From NCBI GenBank assembly GCA_002269645.1, contig NIVC01001907.1:158931-222930 (forward strand): a stretch of DNA of 64,000 nt, given 5' to 3'. The stretch is from Macrostomum lignano. Its lineage: Eukaryota. Below, piece by piece: positions 1 to 10,989 of this stretch (position 1 is the stretch's first letter; every line of letters begins with the position of its first letter). The notes below the pieces were generated by a model that was given only the letters and a program-made list of their open reading frames with translations, ran no database searches and was not told where the DNA came from. The translations under genes and the position numbers were made by a program.

Positions 1-16
1 AAACGTGCATGTCTAA

Positions 17-190
17 CGTCCATCATCTCAATGTCATCATCATCTCAATGTCGTCATCATCTCAATGTCATCATCATCTCAATGTCGTCATCATCTCAAT
101 GTCATCATCATCTCAATGTCATCATCATCTCAATGTCATCATCATCTCAATGTCGTCATCATCTCAATGTCATCATCATCTCAATGTCAT
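17..190. repeat. Short tandem repeat, (CAT)2-3-CTCAATGT units
   Basis: Repeated catcatctcaatgt units with a variable number of CAT/CGT triplets; lies just downstream of the minus-strand ORF stop at 235. Confidence 0.9.
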
Positions 191-234
191 CAATCCATCA
201 ATTGAGGCAGTCTCCAGTCCATCAATCGCAGTAG

Positions 235-1020
235 TCACTCGTATTCAGTGCGGGGTCTCGGTGACAGACCCCGAAGCGGCCTTCGACGCCGCTTTCTCAC
301 TTTCAATTGATCCAACGGTACGGGAGGTGGTGATGGCGGCATCTCAATCGCGAAGAAGTTTGGCGCTTGCACGATCCGCCTGTGTCGGTGGCGGCCGTGC
401 AGCGCTAAACGGCGTGCTCGGCTAGTCGGCGACAGCTCCGCGTACCATGAGGCGCAGTCCGGGCAAGTTTGCGCAGGTAGTAGGCGTCGCTCGTCCCAAC
501 GCCTCGACTCAAATGACGGTGGAGCAGCCGGTGGTAGCCGGTTGTAGTCCTCCCACGTATACTTGGACTCAGCAGTGGCTCGCGCGCGGGTCGACGTTGG
601 TGGCGGGCCGGGAGAGTGACCACCGATTGTGGTGTCGCTGCCGTCATCGGAGTCGACGTTGGCCTTGGGAACGTCATGCAGCGGCCAAGTAAAGGCTGTA
701 GAAGCAGTAAGCAGAGACTGGGACGCAGCCTGAGTCGACGTTGGTGGCGGGCCGGGAGAGTGACCACCGATTGTGGTGTCGCTGCCGTCATCGGAGTCGA
801 CGTTGGCCTTGGGAACGTCATGCAGCGGCCAAGTAAAGGCTGTAGAAGCAGTAAGCAGAGACTGGGACGCAGCCTGAGTCGACGTTGGTGGCGGGCCGGG
901 AGAGTGACCACCGATTGTGGTGTCGCTGCCGTCATCGGAGTCGACGTTGGCACGGGCATCCCCGTCAGCGATCATTCGGTCGAAAAGTTTTTGCCAGTCA
1001 ATTATGGGGCGATCCGACAT
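235..1020 (-). CDS. 261-aa protein with acidic 48-aa repeats, a CtIP/Sae2-like C-terminal motif and a basic NLS-like tail; second ORF beside the transposase
   Basis: ATG at 1020. [56 protein letters not shown] (approx 337-505) aligns by eye with the recalled CtIP C-terminus [67 protein letters not shown] near the C-terminus. Splice-acceptor-like TTTTCAG ends 23 nt upstream of the ATG. Confidence 0.75.
   Translation of the reverse strand: [261 protein letters not shown]
590..951 (-). repeat. 144-bp in-frame tandem repeat (about 2.5 copies) inside the CtIP-like ORF
   Basis: Unit starts at 590, 734 and 878; encodes [48 protein letters not shown]. Confidence 0.95.
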
Positions 1021-1861
1021 GATTTAAATCCAATGGGGTCAGTCTGAAAAGGGTTTTGACCACCTATAAGAATATTCTTATTCTTATGCATATGAACACA
1101 ACAAAAAATGAAGTGAATATAGTATACAGAAGTAACACGTAAATAAGCTACTGAAATATTTTAAAATTATATACGTATATACGTATGTTATCGTTATCGT
1201 TCTGGTCTCTCACTTCTACGAGTATGGCTCTTGTTCTACTTCAAATATCAATGTGAGAGCCAAATAACTAAGGCGGCGGATTCAACTGACTTTTCCTGAT
1301 GAGGCAAACACTTGGTGTTAACTTACAGACCGTTGTATTTGATGGTCACAATCTCGAGATGTTATCTTACAAAATATAGTGTCTAAGATGGAATTCCAAA
1401 TAAGAAGCTCGTTCAGCTTAAGTTACAAAGGGTTTCTAATTGTTCGGGTAAACCGAAGGTTCAGTCTATTGTAGAACGTGAATTGGGTGTCCTCAGCTTT
1501 TGCTATTTGGAGCGCATTCATTGGTTAAAATACATTCAATCTGGATGGGAACTTTCTAGAGCCAAAATGTATCACTTCACTACATATGACTCATAAAGCA
1601 TCTCATCCAGATGCTTCTGGAAACCGGACTCAATTTTTTGGTTTAATTGCATCTACTATTACGTGCATATATATACATTTTTACAAAATCGCTAACAATT
1701 AGAACGACTACTACAGTTTGTTAAAAAATATAATAGAAATTTGATTATTTTTTTGCCAATCGTAAAGTAAGGAAAAAACGAAAGGAAAATACGTTTATGC
1801 TGGCAATCAGTTATCCTAGCCTGTCAATCAGTTATCCCATTGCCATGGACGCCAGCAGACT

Positions 1862-4800
1862 CTACGAATAGCCCAACTGCGGATGGGCCAGCAGAGCTAC
1901 TTTTGTGTCGGTGACGACACAGACGCCACGAAACTGTGACAGCCCCACATGAATCGGGTCGCCGAGGTAGCTCAAGTCGCCGAAGGGATCGCATGCGAAT
2001 ACTCGGAAGTGCGCGAGTCGACAGCCTCGATTAGGTGACGTTGTGGCAACCTGTGCTAGTTCCTCCAGCGGGTCGACGGCCGCGAGAACTGGCAGTACAA
2101 GCAGTCCGAGCCTAACCTGCTCACCTTGACATTCGATGGTTTGCACTCGGCAGAATCGGAAATCCGTCGTAGTGTCACCTTCGATGGCCACGAAGCCTGC
2201 CGCATCCTGACATCCGGGAGTGAAAATTCGTATTGTCCAACCGGATTTCAGAGTGGCACTGTGCCATCCGACTTGCCAGCGCTTCGGTCGACGAAGCACG
2301 ACATCTGGAAGGGTGAGTACTTCTGTTCGACGGAATAATTCCTCTTCGTCTTGCTGATCCCCGTGCCCGATCAGTCGCGCTCGCGCTTGGATGGTGCCGA
2401 TGTGGCGCTCCACGGCGCCAACCAGCTCGACGTCGGTGCGCCGCGTCCCATGCAGGCGTTTTTGCAGGCGCAAGTGCGTGCTTTCGAAAATTCCAGCCGA
2501 TAGGCGGTGCGCAGAGCCGGCCAGATGGACGTATGTCAGCATGTGGCAGCACACCTGATGAGCATTATAGGTTAGTGCTCTTAAGGAGTACAACCTATAC
2601 AGTTTGTCGTGGAAGTGGCGCAATGCAATCTCTACGTGCCGCAACTCAGACAGAGGCGCATAATCGGCAGTCATCCAGAACACTGCAGCGGAAAGAAGTA
2701 ACAGATGCTGGTAGTGGGCGGGTGGTAGGACGGCTTCCAAAACGAGGGGGCCGTAAGCCATCAGCCACATTTCAAACTCGTGCCCACGGAAATTGCGGAG
2801 GTCACTCAGTGGACGCACTTCATGGCGTTGGACGTTGATGGGCAGCCGGATGCGGAGCAGCGTCTCATCGACCTGATGTTGAAGCCGGTGCAGGTCCGGA
2901 CAATTAGTTTCTCCTCGGTCCGGCTTCTCGGCCCGCACCAGAAATAATTGGTACATTATCATCCGGACCAGACCTAGGTGCAGCTGGTGGAGGTAACACG
3001 GCGGACATCCGCGCATGAAGTCAAAGCCCGGGAGGCGTCCTAACGGAGAGTGGCCTCGGACACCCAATGTGTCTGTGTTCTGGTGCCGAGCACCTGCTAG
3101 GTGTTGCTCCGCTAATCTGCGCGTATCTGCCATGCTCCGCAGGACAGTTTGCAGACAACCTAGACGTCGAGCAGCATTCTGCATTGCTGGCGTTAAGCCG
3201 ACGTCGAAGACACGCCCAGAGCCTGAAGGATGAAGACGCGTAGCAATGTAGCACTTCTCGCAGCCGTAGATAGCCGTGCATCGTCGCATGCGGAGCGCAT
3301 CTGCACGAGCCGGTGAGTCGAACATTGCTAGCAACGGATGGAAGCGTATCGTACGCTGAACTCCATCAGCGTCAGTGTACGTTACGCCCCGGATGCGTAA
3401 AGAAATCAGCGCGTCGACGACCACCGGAAGGAAAGCCGCTGAACTCACTTTGGTCTTAGCAGCCCAGAGCCCACAGATTATGACATAGCGCAACTTGACA
3501 TGATCGTGAACCTCGTTGATGCTTAAGTAGACTGGACACACCTCTACCTTGCTGGTTGACCGTGCTGGAAACCCATCAGAGCTCAGAGTATACGAGAGGT
3601 CGCTCTTAGCAACTAGGTTTATCGACTCCCGAAACTGTCTGTACAGGTGACTGTTGTAGAAATGGATGGTGTCTTCGTGCGGATTGAAGTCGGAAGGAAA
3701 AGTCAAATTATGCAGCAGTCCACATGACTCTATGTGAGTTCGGATCTGCTTTCTAATGTTGAAAACCCAGAAGTTTGCGACTCTCATTGATCCGCAGTCA
3801 CTGCAATGTCCACCGTTTTGACTGCAGTCTCCTCGGTAGTTTACGTAGCACTCGTTGCACACAGTGACGCATTTTGCGGAGCCGATGTAACTCTGGGCGG
3901 ATTTTAGCGTCCGCCACATAGTTCTTGCAGTGCGCGGAATTCGACTTCCCGGAACCAGACAATGCACAAGACGTAGAAGTCTGGTTATTTTTTTACTTGG
4001 GATTCCAAGATCAATGGCGCAGTCGTTGATATGACACACAGCTTCACCAATGGTGCCCGTGATGGGTTCGCCGTTGTGCCACGGTAGCTGTAGCCAGGGA
4101 TCAAGAACTGGCTGTTCCTGGCCATCGCTGTCGCTGGAGTCAAGTGACTCAGCGTCACTGCCGTCACTGGAGTCTGTGGGAAACGCGCGATAGTTTTTCT
4201 GTATCAACGGATATCGGGGCCGCATTTTGCAGATCCTCGATGCTACTCACCATGCTCAGAGGGCTCAGAGTCGGGTGTCTCTGTACCGTCGCTGCCATTG
4301 CGGCCAGCGCTGTTTACGGACTCAGCGTCACTGCGGCTTTGGTCGCCTCCACTGCTGCCGTCACTGGAGTCTGTGGGAAACGCGCGATAGTTTTTCTGTA
4401 TCAACGGATATCGGGGCCGCATTTTGCAGATCCTCGATGCTACTCACCATGCTCAGAGGGCTCAGAGTCGGGTGTCTCTGTACCGTCGCTGCCATTGCGG
4501 CCAGCGCTGTTTACGGACTCAGCGTCACTGCGGCTTTGGTCGCCTCCACTGCTGCCGTCACTGGAGTCTGTGGGAAACACGCGATAGTTTTTCTGTATCA
4601 ACGGATATCGGGGCCGCATTTTGCAGATCCTCGATGCTACTCACCATGCTCAGAGGGCTCACTGTCACCGGTGTCTACGGACTCGGCACCTCTGAGAAGC
4701 TGCGACGATGCTGCGACGACAGTGCTACTGCTGCGCGAAGTACTAGGTACAGCGCGACTAACCGGGGAACGCGGTCGGTCAGTCAACTCAGCGCAGGCCG

Positions 4801-4867
4801 CGTCAATATTTTGTTGCAGTCGTCGCGCCCGCTGATAAAATCGTCTGTCGCGTCGTGATCGCTCCAT
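1862..4867 (-). CDS. CMC/EnSpm (CACTA/Mirage-like) DDE transposase, predicted 924 aa, 4 exons
   Basis: Exons 4867-4645, 4567-4448, 4370-4251 and 4173-1862, joined by three 77-nt GTGAGT...CCCACAG phase-1 introns (total 2775 nt). Motifs: LSSDG (D, approx 3576), CPVYLSINE, GLWAAK, FDSPARA (D, approx 3318), YGCEKC, CYLH (CxxH, approx 2990), YNAHQ, SAGIFES (E, approx 2484). Confidence 0.9.
4150..4660 (-). repeat. 197-bp tandem repeat = 120-nt exon + 77-nt intron unit
   Basis: Near-identical units offset by 197 bp (equivalent ORF starts at 4227 and 4424), each with a GTGAGT donor and a TTTCCCACAG acceptor on the minus strand. Confidence 0.9.
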
Positions 4868-5607
4868 TGTAATTATTTCAGGTTTCTTAATTACCAGCAC
4901 TGGAAATTCATGGAACTTTATTAACAAAGGCTGCTACGTACGCAACGCCTAGCGGGCCAATTCGGGGATGGGACTTTGCTTATACATTTTTGTAAAAGAG
5001 GAAATCAACGTTGGAATCCCACAGTAACATGCAGCCTTCAGAAATGTGTGCGATGACAGCATTAAAATGACAATATATTTTTATTCTCAGTTTACGTGAA
5101 CTACGCTCGTAATAACATACGAAGACGCTCATATGATATATATAAAGATGAGCGGAAAAAATACTGCAATAGAACAAAACAGGAGCACATTACAGGACAT
5201 GCAATTACAAGAAAATCTTCATGTCAATTGTCAATTATACACTGTGTCTCCCATACCATTTTCAACCCAATCCTGAATTAAAGGCTTTCATCAGCTCTTT
5301 TCTCCGGCTCTTGTCCGGTCGAAGAACCAGAGAAAGAACCGGGCAAAATTCCAGGCGGAAATGTTAGTTTATCTGCTTTTACTCCGGATTTCCCTGCGTT
5401 ACTAAACTGGTTCCAAATCTGGCGAAGGACCGGGTAAAAAACCAGAGCACTCGTACGGTTTTTCCTCCGGAATTTCGCCTGGTTTAGAAAGGCAGAGAAA
5501 AACCGGATAAATTCGCCTGGTTTATGTTCTTCGCCTGGAAATGGGGCAAAAAACATAGCAAGCCAGAGCAAAACCGGGCGAAAAACCTGATCGGATGGCC
5601 ACACGGG

Positions 5608-6090
5608 ATATAGGGCTACCCGCCACCCCAATATAGGGCTACCCACCACCCCATTATAGAGTTACCCACCACCCCAATATACAATATAGGCCACCGCCAC
5701 CCTAATATAGGGCTACCCAACAACCCAATATAGGGCTACCCGCCACCCCAATATAGGGCCACCCGCCACCCCAATATAGGGCCACCCGCCACCCCAATAT
5801 AGGGCCACTTGCAACCCCAATATAGGGCTATCCACCATCCCAATAAAGGGCTACCCACCATCCCAATAAAGGGCTACCCACCACCCCATTATAGAGTTAC
5901 CCACCACCCCAATATACAATATAGGCCACCGCCACCCTAATATAGGGCTACCCACCACCCCAATATTGGTTTATCCGCCACTCCAATATAGGGCTACCCA
6001 CCACCCCAATATAGGGCTACCCACCACCCCAATATAGGGCTACCCGCCACCCCAATATAGAGCCACCCGCCACCAAAGTATAGGGCTACT
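5608..6090. repeat. About 23-bp minisatellite (ATATAGGGCTACCCACCACCCCA)
   Basis: Visible degenerate tandem units. Confidence 0.9.
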
Positions 6091-6108
6091 CGATACCTTA
6101 ACCAACCT

Positions 6109-9100
6109 ATGCACCATTACGTATTACAGATCGCAATGGACTCCGTACTGCTTGGCAACCTGTCCTCAATGCTTGAGAGCGGCAGTCACGGGCCTATTGC
6201 CGCAATTCCCAACCAGCCCGTATTCCCTACTGAGTACATTACCGCAATGCCGGTTGCCTCTACCGCTGCCAGATCGCCAGCCGCCAGTTACCCCAACGGT
6301 CTCCATGGCAACAATAATAACAATAACAACAGTACCCATAGCAACTATAATAAACGCCGTTGCCAACGCGGTATCCAACAGCGCCAGGTTGCTCGGGCTG
6401 CCGCTTTCCTGGGCGTCGATGCCGTTGCGCCACTTATCGGCCGTCAGTCCCAGACTCCCAATCAGCATCATCACCAAAAGCAGCAGCAGCAGCATACTCT
6501 ACCGCCAAATGGCGTCGAATTAATGGAAGACGAGGCCTACCTTGGCGAGGACAGCGCCAAGCCCTGGCTGTGCAGAGTTTGCAGCACCTGTTTTCCGCAT
6601 CAGGCCAGCCTGAGGCGGCACATGAAGTTGCACGACACTAATAAAAGATTCAAGTGCGACAAGTGTCATAAGCGATTCTCTTATCGGTGAGTTTTTGCCC
6701 CGGCTGTTGGACAAAATGCCCCCTTTATTTGTTCAATGTGATTTTTAAGCCGCTTCACAGCCGCTAATACTCAAAATCTCACCCTGAGAATAGTCTCAAT
6801 CTCACCCTTAGAATCGCCTCACAATCTCACCCTGAGAATCCCCTCACAATCTCACCCCAAGAATCGCCTCACAATCTCACCTGAGAATAGTCTCACAATC
6901 TCACCTGAGCATAGCCTCACAATCTCACCCTGAGAATCCCCTCACAATCTCACCCTGAGAATCCCCTCACAATCTCACCCTGAGAATCCCCTCACAATCT
7001 CACCCTGAGAATCCCCTCACAATCTCACCCAGAGAATCGCCTCATAATCTCACCTTGAGAATCGCCTCACAACTCACCTGAGAATAGTCTCACAATCTCA
7101 CCTGAGAATAGCCTCAAAACCTCACCCTGAGAATCCCCTCACAATCTCACCCTGAGAATCCCCTCACAATCTCACCCTGAGAATCCCCTCACAATCTCAC
7201 CCTTAAAATCGCCTCACAATCTCACCCTGAGAATCCCCTCACAATCTCACCCAGAGAATCGCCTCATAATCTCACCTTGAGAATCGCCTCACAATCTCAC
7301 CTGAGAATAGTCTCACAATCTCACCTGAGAATAGCCTCACAATCTCACCCTGAGAATCCCCTTACAATCTCACCCTTAAAATCGCCTCACAATCTCACCC
7401 TGAAAATCCCCTCCCAATCTCACCCTTAAAATCGCCTCACAATCTCGCCTGAGAATAGTCTCACAATCTCACCTGAGAATAGTCTCACAATCTCACCTGA
7501 GAATAGTCTCACAATCTCACCTGAGAATAGTCTCACAATCTCACCTGAGAATAGTCTCAATATCTCACCCAGAGAATCGGCTCACAATCTCGCCTGAGAA
7601 TCGTCTCATAATCTCACCCCAAGAATCGCCTTATAATCTCACCCTGACAATGCCTTAGAATCTCATCCTGAGAAAAGCATCACAACCTCACCCTGAGGAT
7701 CGCCTCATCGTCATAATCTCACCCTGAGATTCGCCTCAAATCACCCTGAGAATCGCCTCACAACCTCACCTGAGAATCGCCTCACAATCTCACCTGAGAA
7801 TAGTCTCATAATGTCACCCAAAGAATCGCCTTATAATCTCACCATGAGAATGCCTTAGAATCTCATCCTGAGAATAGTATCACAACCTCACCCTGAGGAT
7901 CGCCTCATCGTCATAATCTCACCCTGAGATTCGCCTCAAAATCTCACCCTGAGAATCGCCTCACAACCTCACCCTGAGAATCGCCTCACAACCTCACTCT
8001 GAGAATAGTCTCACAATCTCACCCAGAGAATCGCCTCACAATCTCACCTGAGAATAGTCTCATAATGTCACCCCAAGAATCGCCTTATAATCTCACCCTG
8101 ACAATGCCTTAGAATCTCATCCTGAGAATAGTATCACAACCTCACCCTGAGGATCGCCTCATCTTCATAATCTCACCCTAAGATTCGCCTCAAAATCTCA
8201 CCCTGAGAATCGCCTCACAACCTCACCCTTAGAATAGTCTCACAATCTCACCCAGAGAATCGCCTCACAATCTCACCTGAGAATCGTCTCATAATGTCAC
8301 CCCAAGAATCGCCTTATGATCTCACCTTGAGAATCGCCTCACAATCTCACCTGAGAATAGTCTCACAATCTCACCTGAGAATAGTCTCACAATCTCACCT
8401 GAGAATAGTCTCAATATCTCACCCAGAGAATCGCCTCATAATCTCACCTGAGAATCGTCTCATAATCTCACCCCAAGAATCGCCTTATAATCTCACCCTG
8501 AGAATGCCTTAGAATCTCATCCTGAGAATAGTATCACAACCTCACCCTGAGGATCGCCTCATCGTCATAATCTCACCCTGAGATTCGCCTCAAAATCTCA
8601 CCCTGAGAATCGCCTCACAACCTCACCCTGAGAATCGCCTCACAATCTTACCCTGAGATTCGCCTCAAAATCTTACCCTGAGATTCGCCTCAAAATCTCA
8701 CCCTGAGAATCGCCTCACAACCTCACCCTGAGATTCGCCTCACAATCTCACCCTGAGAAGTGAGAATAGTCACATAACCCCACCCTGTAGATCAATCGCA
8801 TGTTGGCCTCAAACCGACTTAAATCGCGTCCCCTAATTCGTCCCGCAGCTGCAACCTGATGCTGCACTACCGCACCCACACTAACGAGCGCCCGTTTCAC
8901 TGTGTAACCTGCGGCGCCCGTTTTAACCAGCGAGTCCATCTGCAGAATCACATTCAGAATGTGCACAGCGGACCCGGCGGCGTGAGGCCAGCCGTTACTC
9001 ACGAGTGCGACATCTGCGGCGCCTGGTTCGTGCAGATCAACGCCCTGACTCGGCACCAGCGACTGCATCACGACGAGGCTGCTGGCACCGTTGCTAAACG

Positions 9101-9350
9101 ACATTCAAACGATTCTTTGAAGCACGAACCCCAGCTGCCGGAGTCTGATGATCGCAATGGGGATCACGATAATCGGGATTTGCCGCCTCCACAGCTGGAG
9201 GCGTCGAATGTGCCAGATGACCAGCTTGAGCAGCCGGTCGATTCGAAGAACGCCGAAGCGCCTCGCTTGTCCGAGATGGAGACGTCTGAGAGTGCCGTTA
9301 TTAGCGAAGTTTGCGCCGAAGCGTTGGAACAGGCAAACGGTCCGGAGTGA
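6109..9350 (+). CDS. C2H2 zinc-finger protein (4 fingers), 2 coding exons
   Basis: Exons 6109-6686 and 8849-9350 with a phase-2 intron GTGAGT...CCCGCAG. Splicing rebuilds finger FKCDKCHKRFSYR/CNLMLHYRTH with a TNERPF linker; other fingers WLCRVC..HMKLH, FHCVTC..HIQNVH, HECDIC..HQRLH. Start could instead be ATG 6136 or an upstream exon. Confidence 0.88.
6775..8760. repeat. Intronic minisatellite of about 24-25 bp (CTCACCCTGAGAATCGCCTCACAAT) with higher-order blocks
   Basis: Fills most of the zinc-finger gene intron. Confidence 0.95.
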
Positions 9351-9429
9351 TTGATTGGTGTCTGATTAACTTGCTTGTTTACACTGGGAGTCCGTCCATA
9401 CTCCATTCTTTTCTTTGGTCATTGCGTGT

Positions 9430-10030
9430 TGGTCATTGCCTCCTACCTCTTGTGATCATTGCCTGTCGGTCATTGCCCTTTTTTGATCATTGCCTGTCGG
9501 TCATTGCCCTTTTTTGATCATTGCCTGTCGGTCATTGCCCTTTTTTGATCATTGCCTGTCGGTCATTGCCCTTATGATCATTGCCTGTCGGTCATCCCCC
9601 TTATGATCATTGCCTGTCTGTCATTCCCCCTTATGATCATTGCCTGTCGGTCATTCCCCCTTATGATCATTGCCTGTCGGTCATTCCCCCTTATGATCAT
9701 TGCCTGTCGGTCATTGCCCTTTTTTGATCATTGCCTGTCGGTCATCCCCCCTTATGATCATTGCCTGTCTGTCATTCCCCCTTATGATCATTGCCTGTCG
9801 GTCATTCCCCCTTATGATCATTGCCTGTCGGTCATTCCCCCTTATGATCATTGCCAGTCTGTCATTCCCCCTTATGATCATTGCCTGTCGGTCATTCCCC
9901 CCCCTATGATCATTGCCTGTCTGTCATTGCCCCTTATGATCATTGCCTGTCTGTCATTGCCCCTTATGATCATTGCCTGTCGGTCATTGCCCCCTACCAC
10001 TTATGATCATTGCCTGTCGGTCATTGCCTT
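9430..10030. repeat. About 30-bp minisatellite (TGATCATTGCCTGTCGGTCATTCCCCCTTA)
   Basis: Tandem units downstream of the zinc-finger stop codon. Confidence 0.95.
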
Positions 10031-10717
10031 CTCTACCGCCCCTGAGTCACCTCTATTTTTCAGTATATATTTTTAATGGCATTCTAGTACAACTCGTATT
10101 AAGCAGCGTTGATATTAAATATTTTAAATAAAATAAACTTTTTGCGCCCTATACTACTGCCAGTAAGCTGCATGTTGTTGCGTTGTCTTCTTACACTATT
10201 TTTGAGTGTTGTCTTTCTTCGTGTATCTGCGTGGACACTGAACTCATATTTGAGCATGAGATTACTATGCAATCTTGCACAACTCATAATCATATTTCTC
10301 TGTTGATTAATCTGGCACAGATTTTGTCTCTAAAGCTTCTTCAAAACGTTTCTACTATAAGTAGCTTACACGCAAATGTGCTGCTGAGTGGCCAATCTCT
10401 CCTGGAGATTAGAGACTTCACTTTTGCGTTCGAATTTTATATTAGTCACGACGGATGGTTATGAAAGTTTTGCAGTAATTTTTCTATTTGTTTTTTCGCA
10501 TCAATTGACACTTTTTGTTCTGCATATTGGTACATAATTTTTATGCAATTTTTTCATGTTTATTATGCTTGCACTTTTGTGTCACAAACTCAGCCTAGTC
10601 ATCACTTGTGCAGTTATATAGAATTATATGATTAATCTGTGAGATTTTGTTGTCCGCCTTCAATAACTATGGTTTTGGTTAACCTCAGTTCTTTTAAAAA
10701 AATTGCTAACTCTCGAA

Positions 10718-10905
10718 AGGACGAATCTCAGGGTCGATTCCCATCTAAGAACGAATCTCAGGGTCGATTCCCATCTAAGAACGAATCTCATAGGGTCGAT
10801 TCCCATCTAAACACGAATCTCATAGGATCGATTCCCTTTTAAAGACGAATCTCATAGGGTCGATTCCCACCTAAACACGAATCTCATAGGGTCGATTTCC
10901 ATCTA
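10718..10905. repeat. 28-30-bp tandem repeat (ACGAATCTCATAGGGTCGATTCCCATCTAA)
   Basis: About 6 units upstream of AGK. Confidence 0.9.
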
Positions 10906-10989
10906 ATCTTGTAAGTTTTACCAGTTTTTTAACCGTGAAATTTCAATTAAGCAGTATTTATTGAATGCATGCTACTGACCTCATAGCAG

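Larger units (their letters stand above)
235..5607 (-). mobile_element. Probable autonomous CMC/EnSpm DNA transposon; only the right-hand terminus is tentatively visible
   Basis: Intact transposase plus a co-oriented second ORF. 5290-5607 has reiterated CCAGGCGAA / AAAACCGG motifs (minus/plus readings) resembling subterminal repeats, and ends in ...GGCCACACGGG (5'-CCCGTGTGGCC on minus), directly before an unrelated minisatellite. No matching left TIR in the window, so the left boundary is not defined. Confidence 0.65.

Noticed and set aside
4144-4858. Plus-strand ORFs over the 197-bp repeats and antisense ORFs over AGK, TADA3, NSF, Treslin-like and LINE exons
   Set aside because: Shadow ORFs of GC-rich coding sequence on the opposite strand or in other frames; no family motifs.
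5240-5275. CACTG motif as a possible CACTA terminus
   Set aside because: It faces away from the transposase end expected here and has no inverted partner in the window; the subterminal-like repeats continue to 5607.
6775-8760. CRISPR-like appearance of regular repeat arrays here and elsewhere
   Set aside because: Units are head-to-tail without unique spacers, there are no cas genes, and the context is eukaryotic and intronic.
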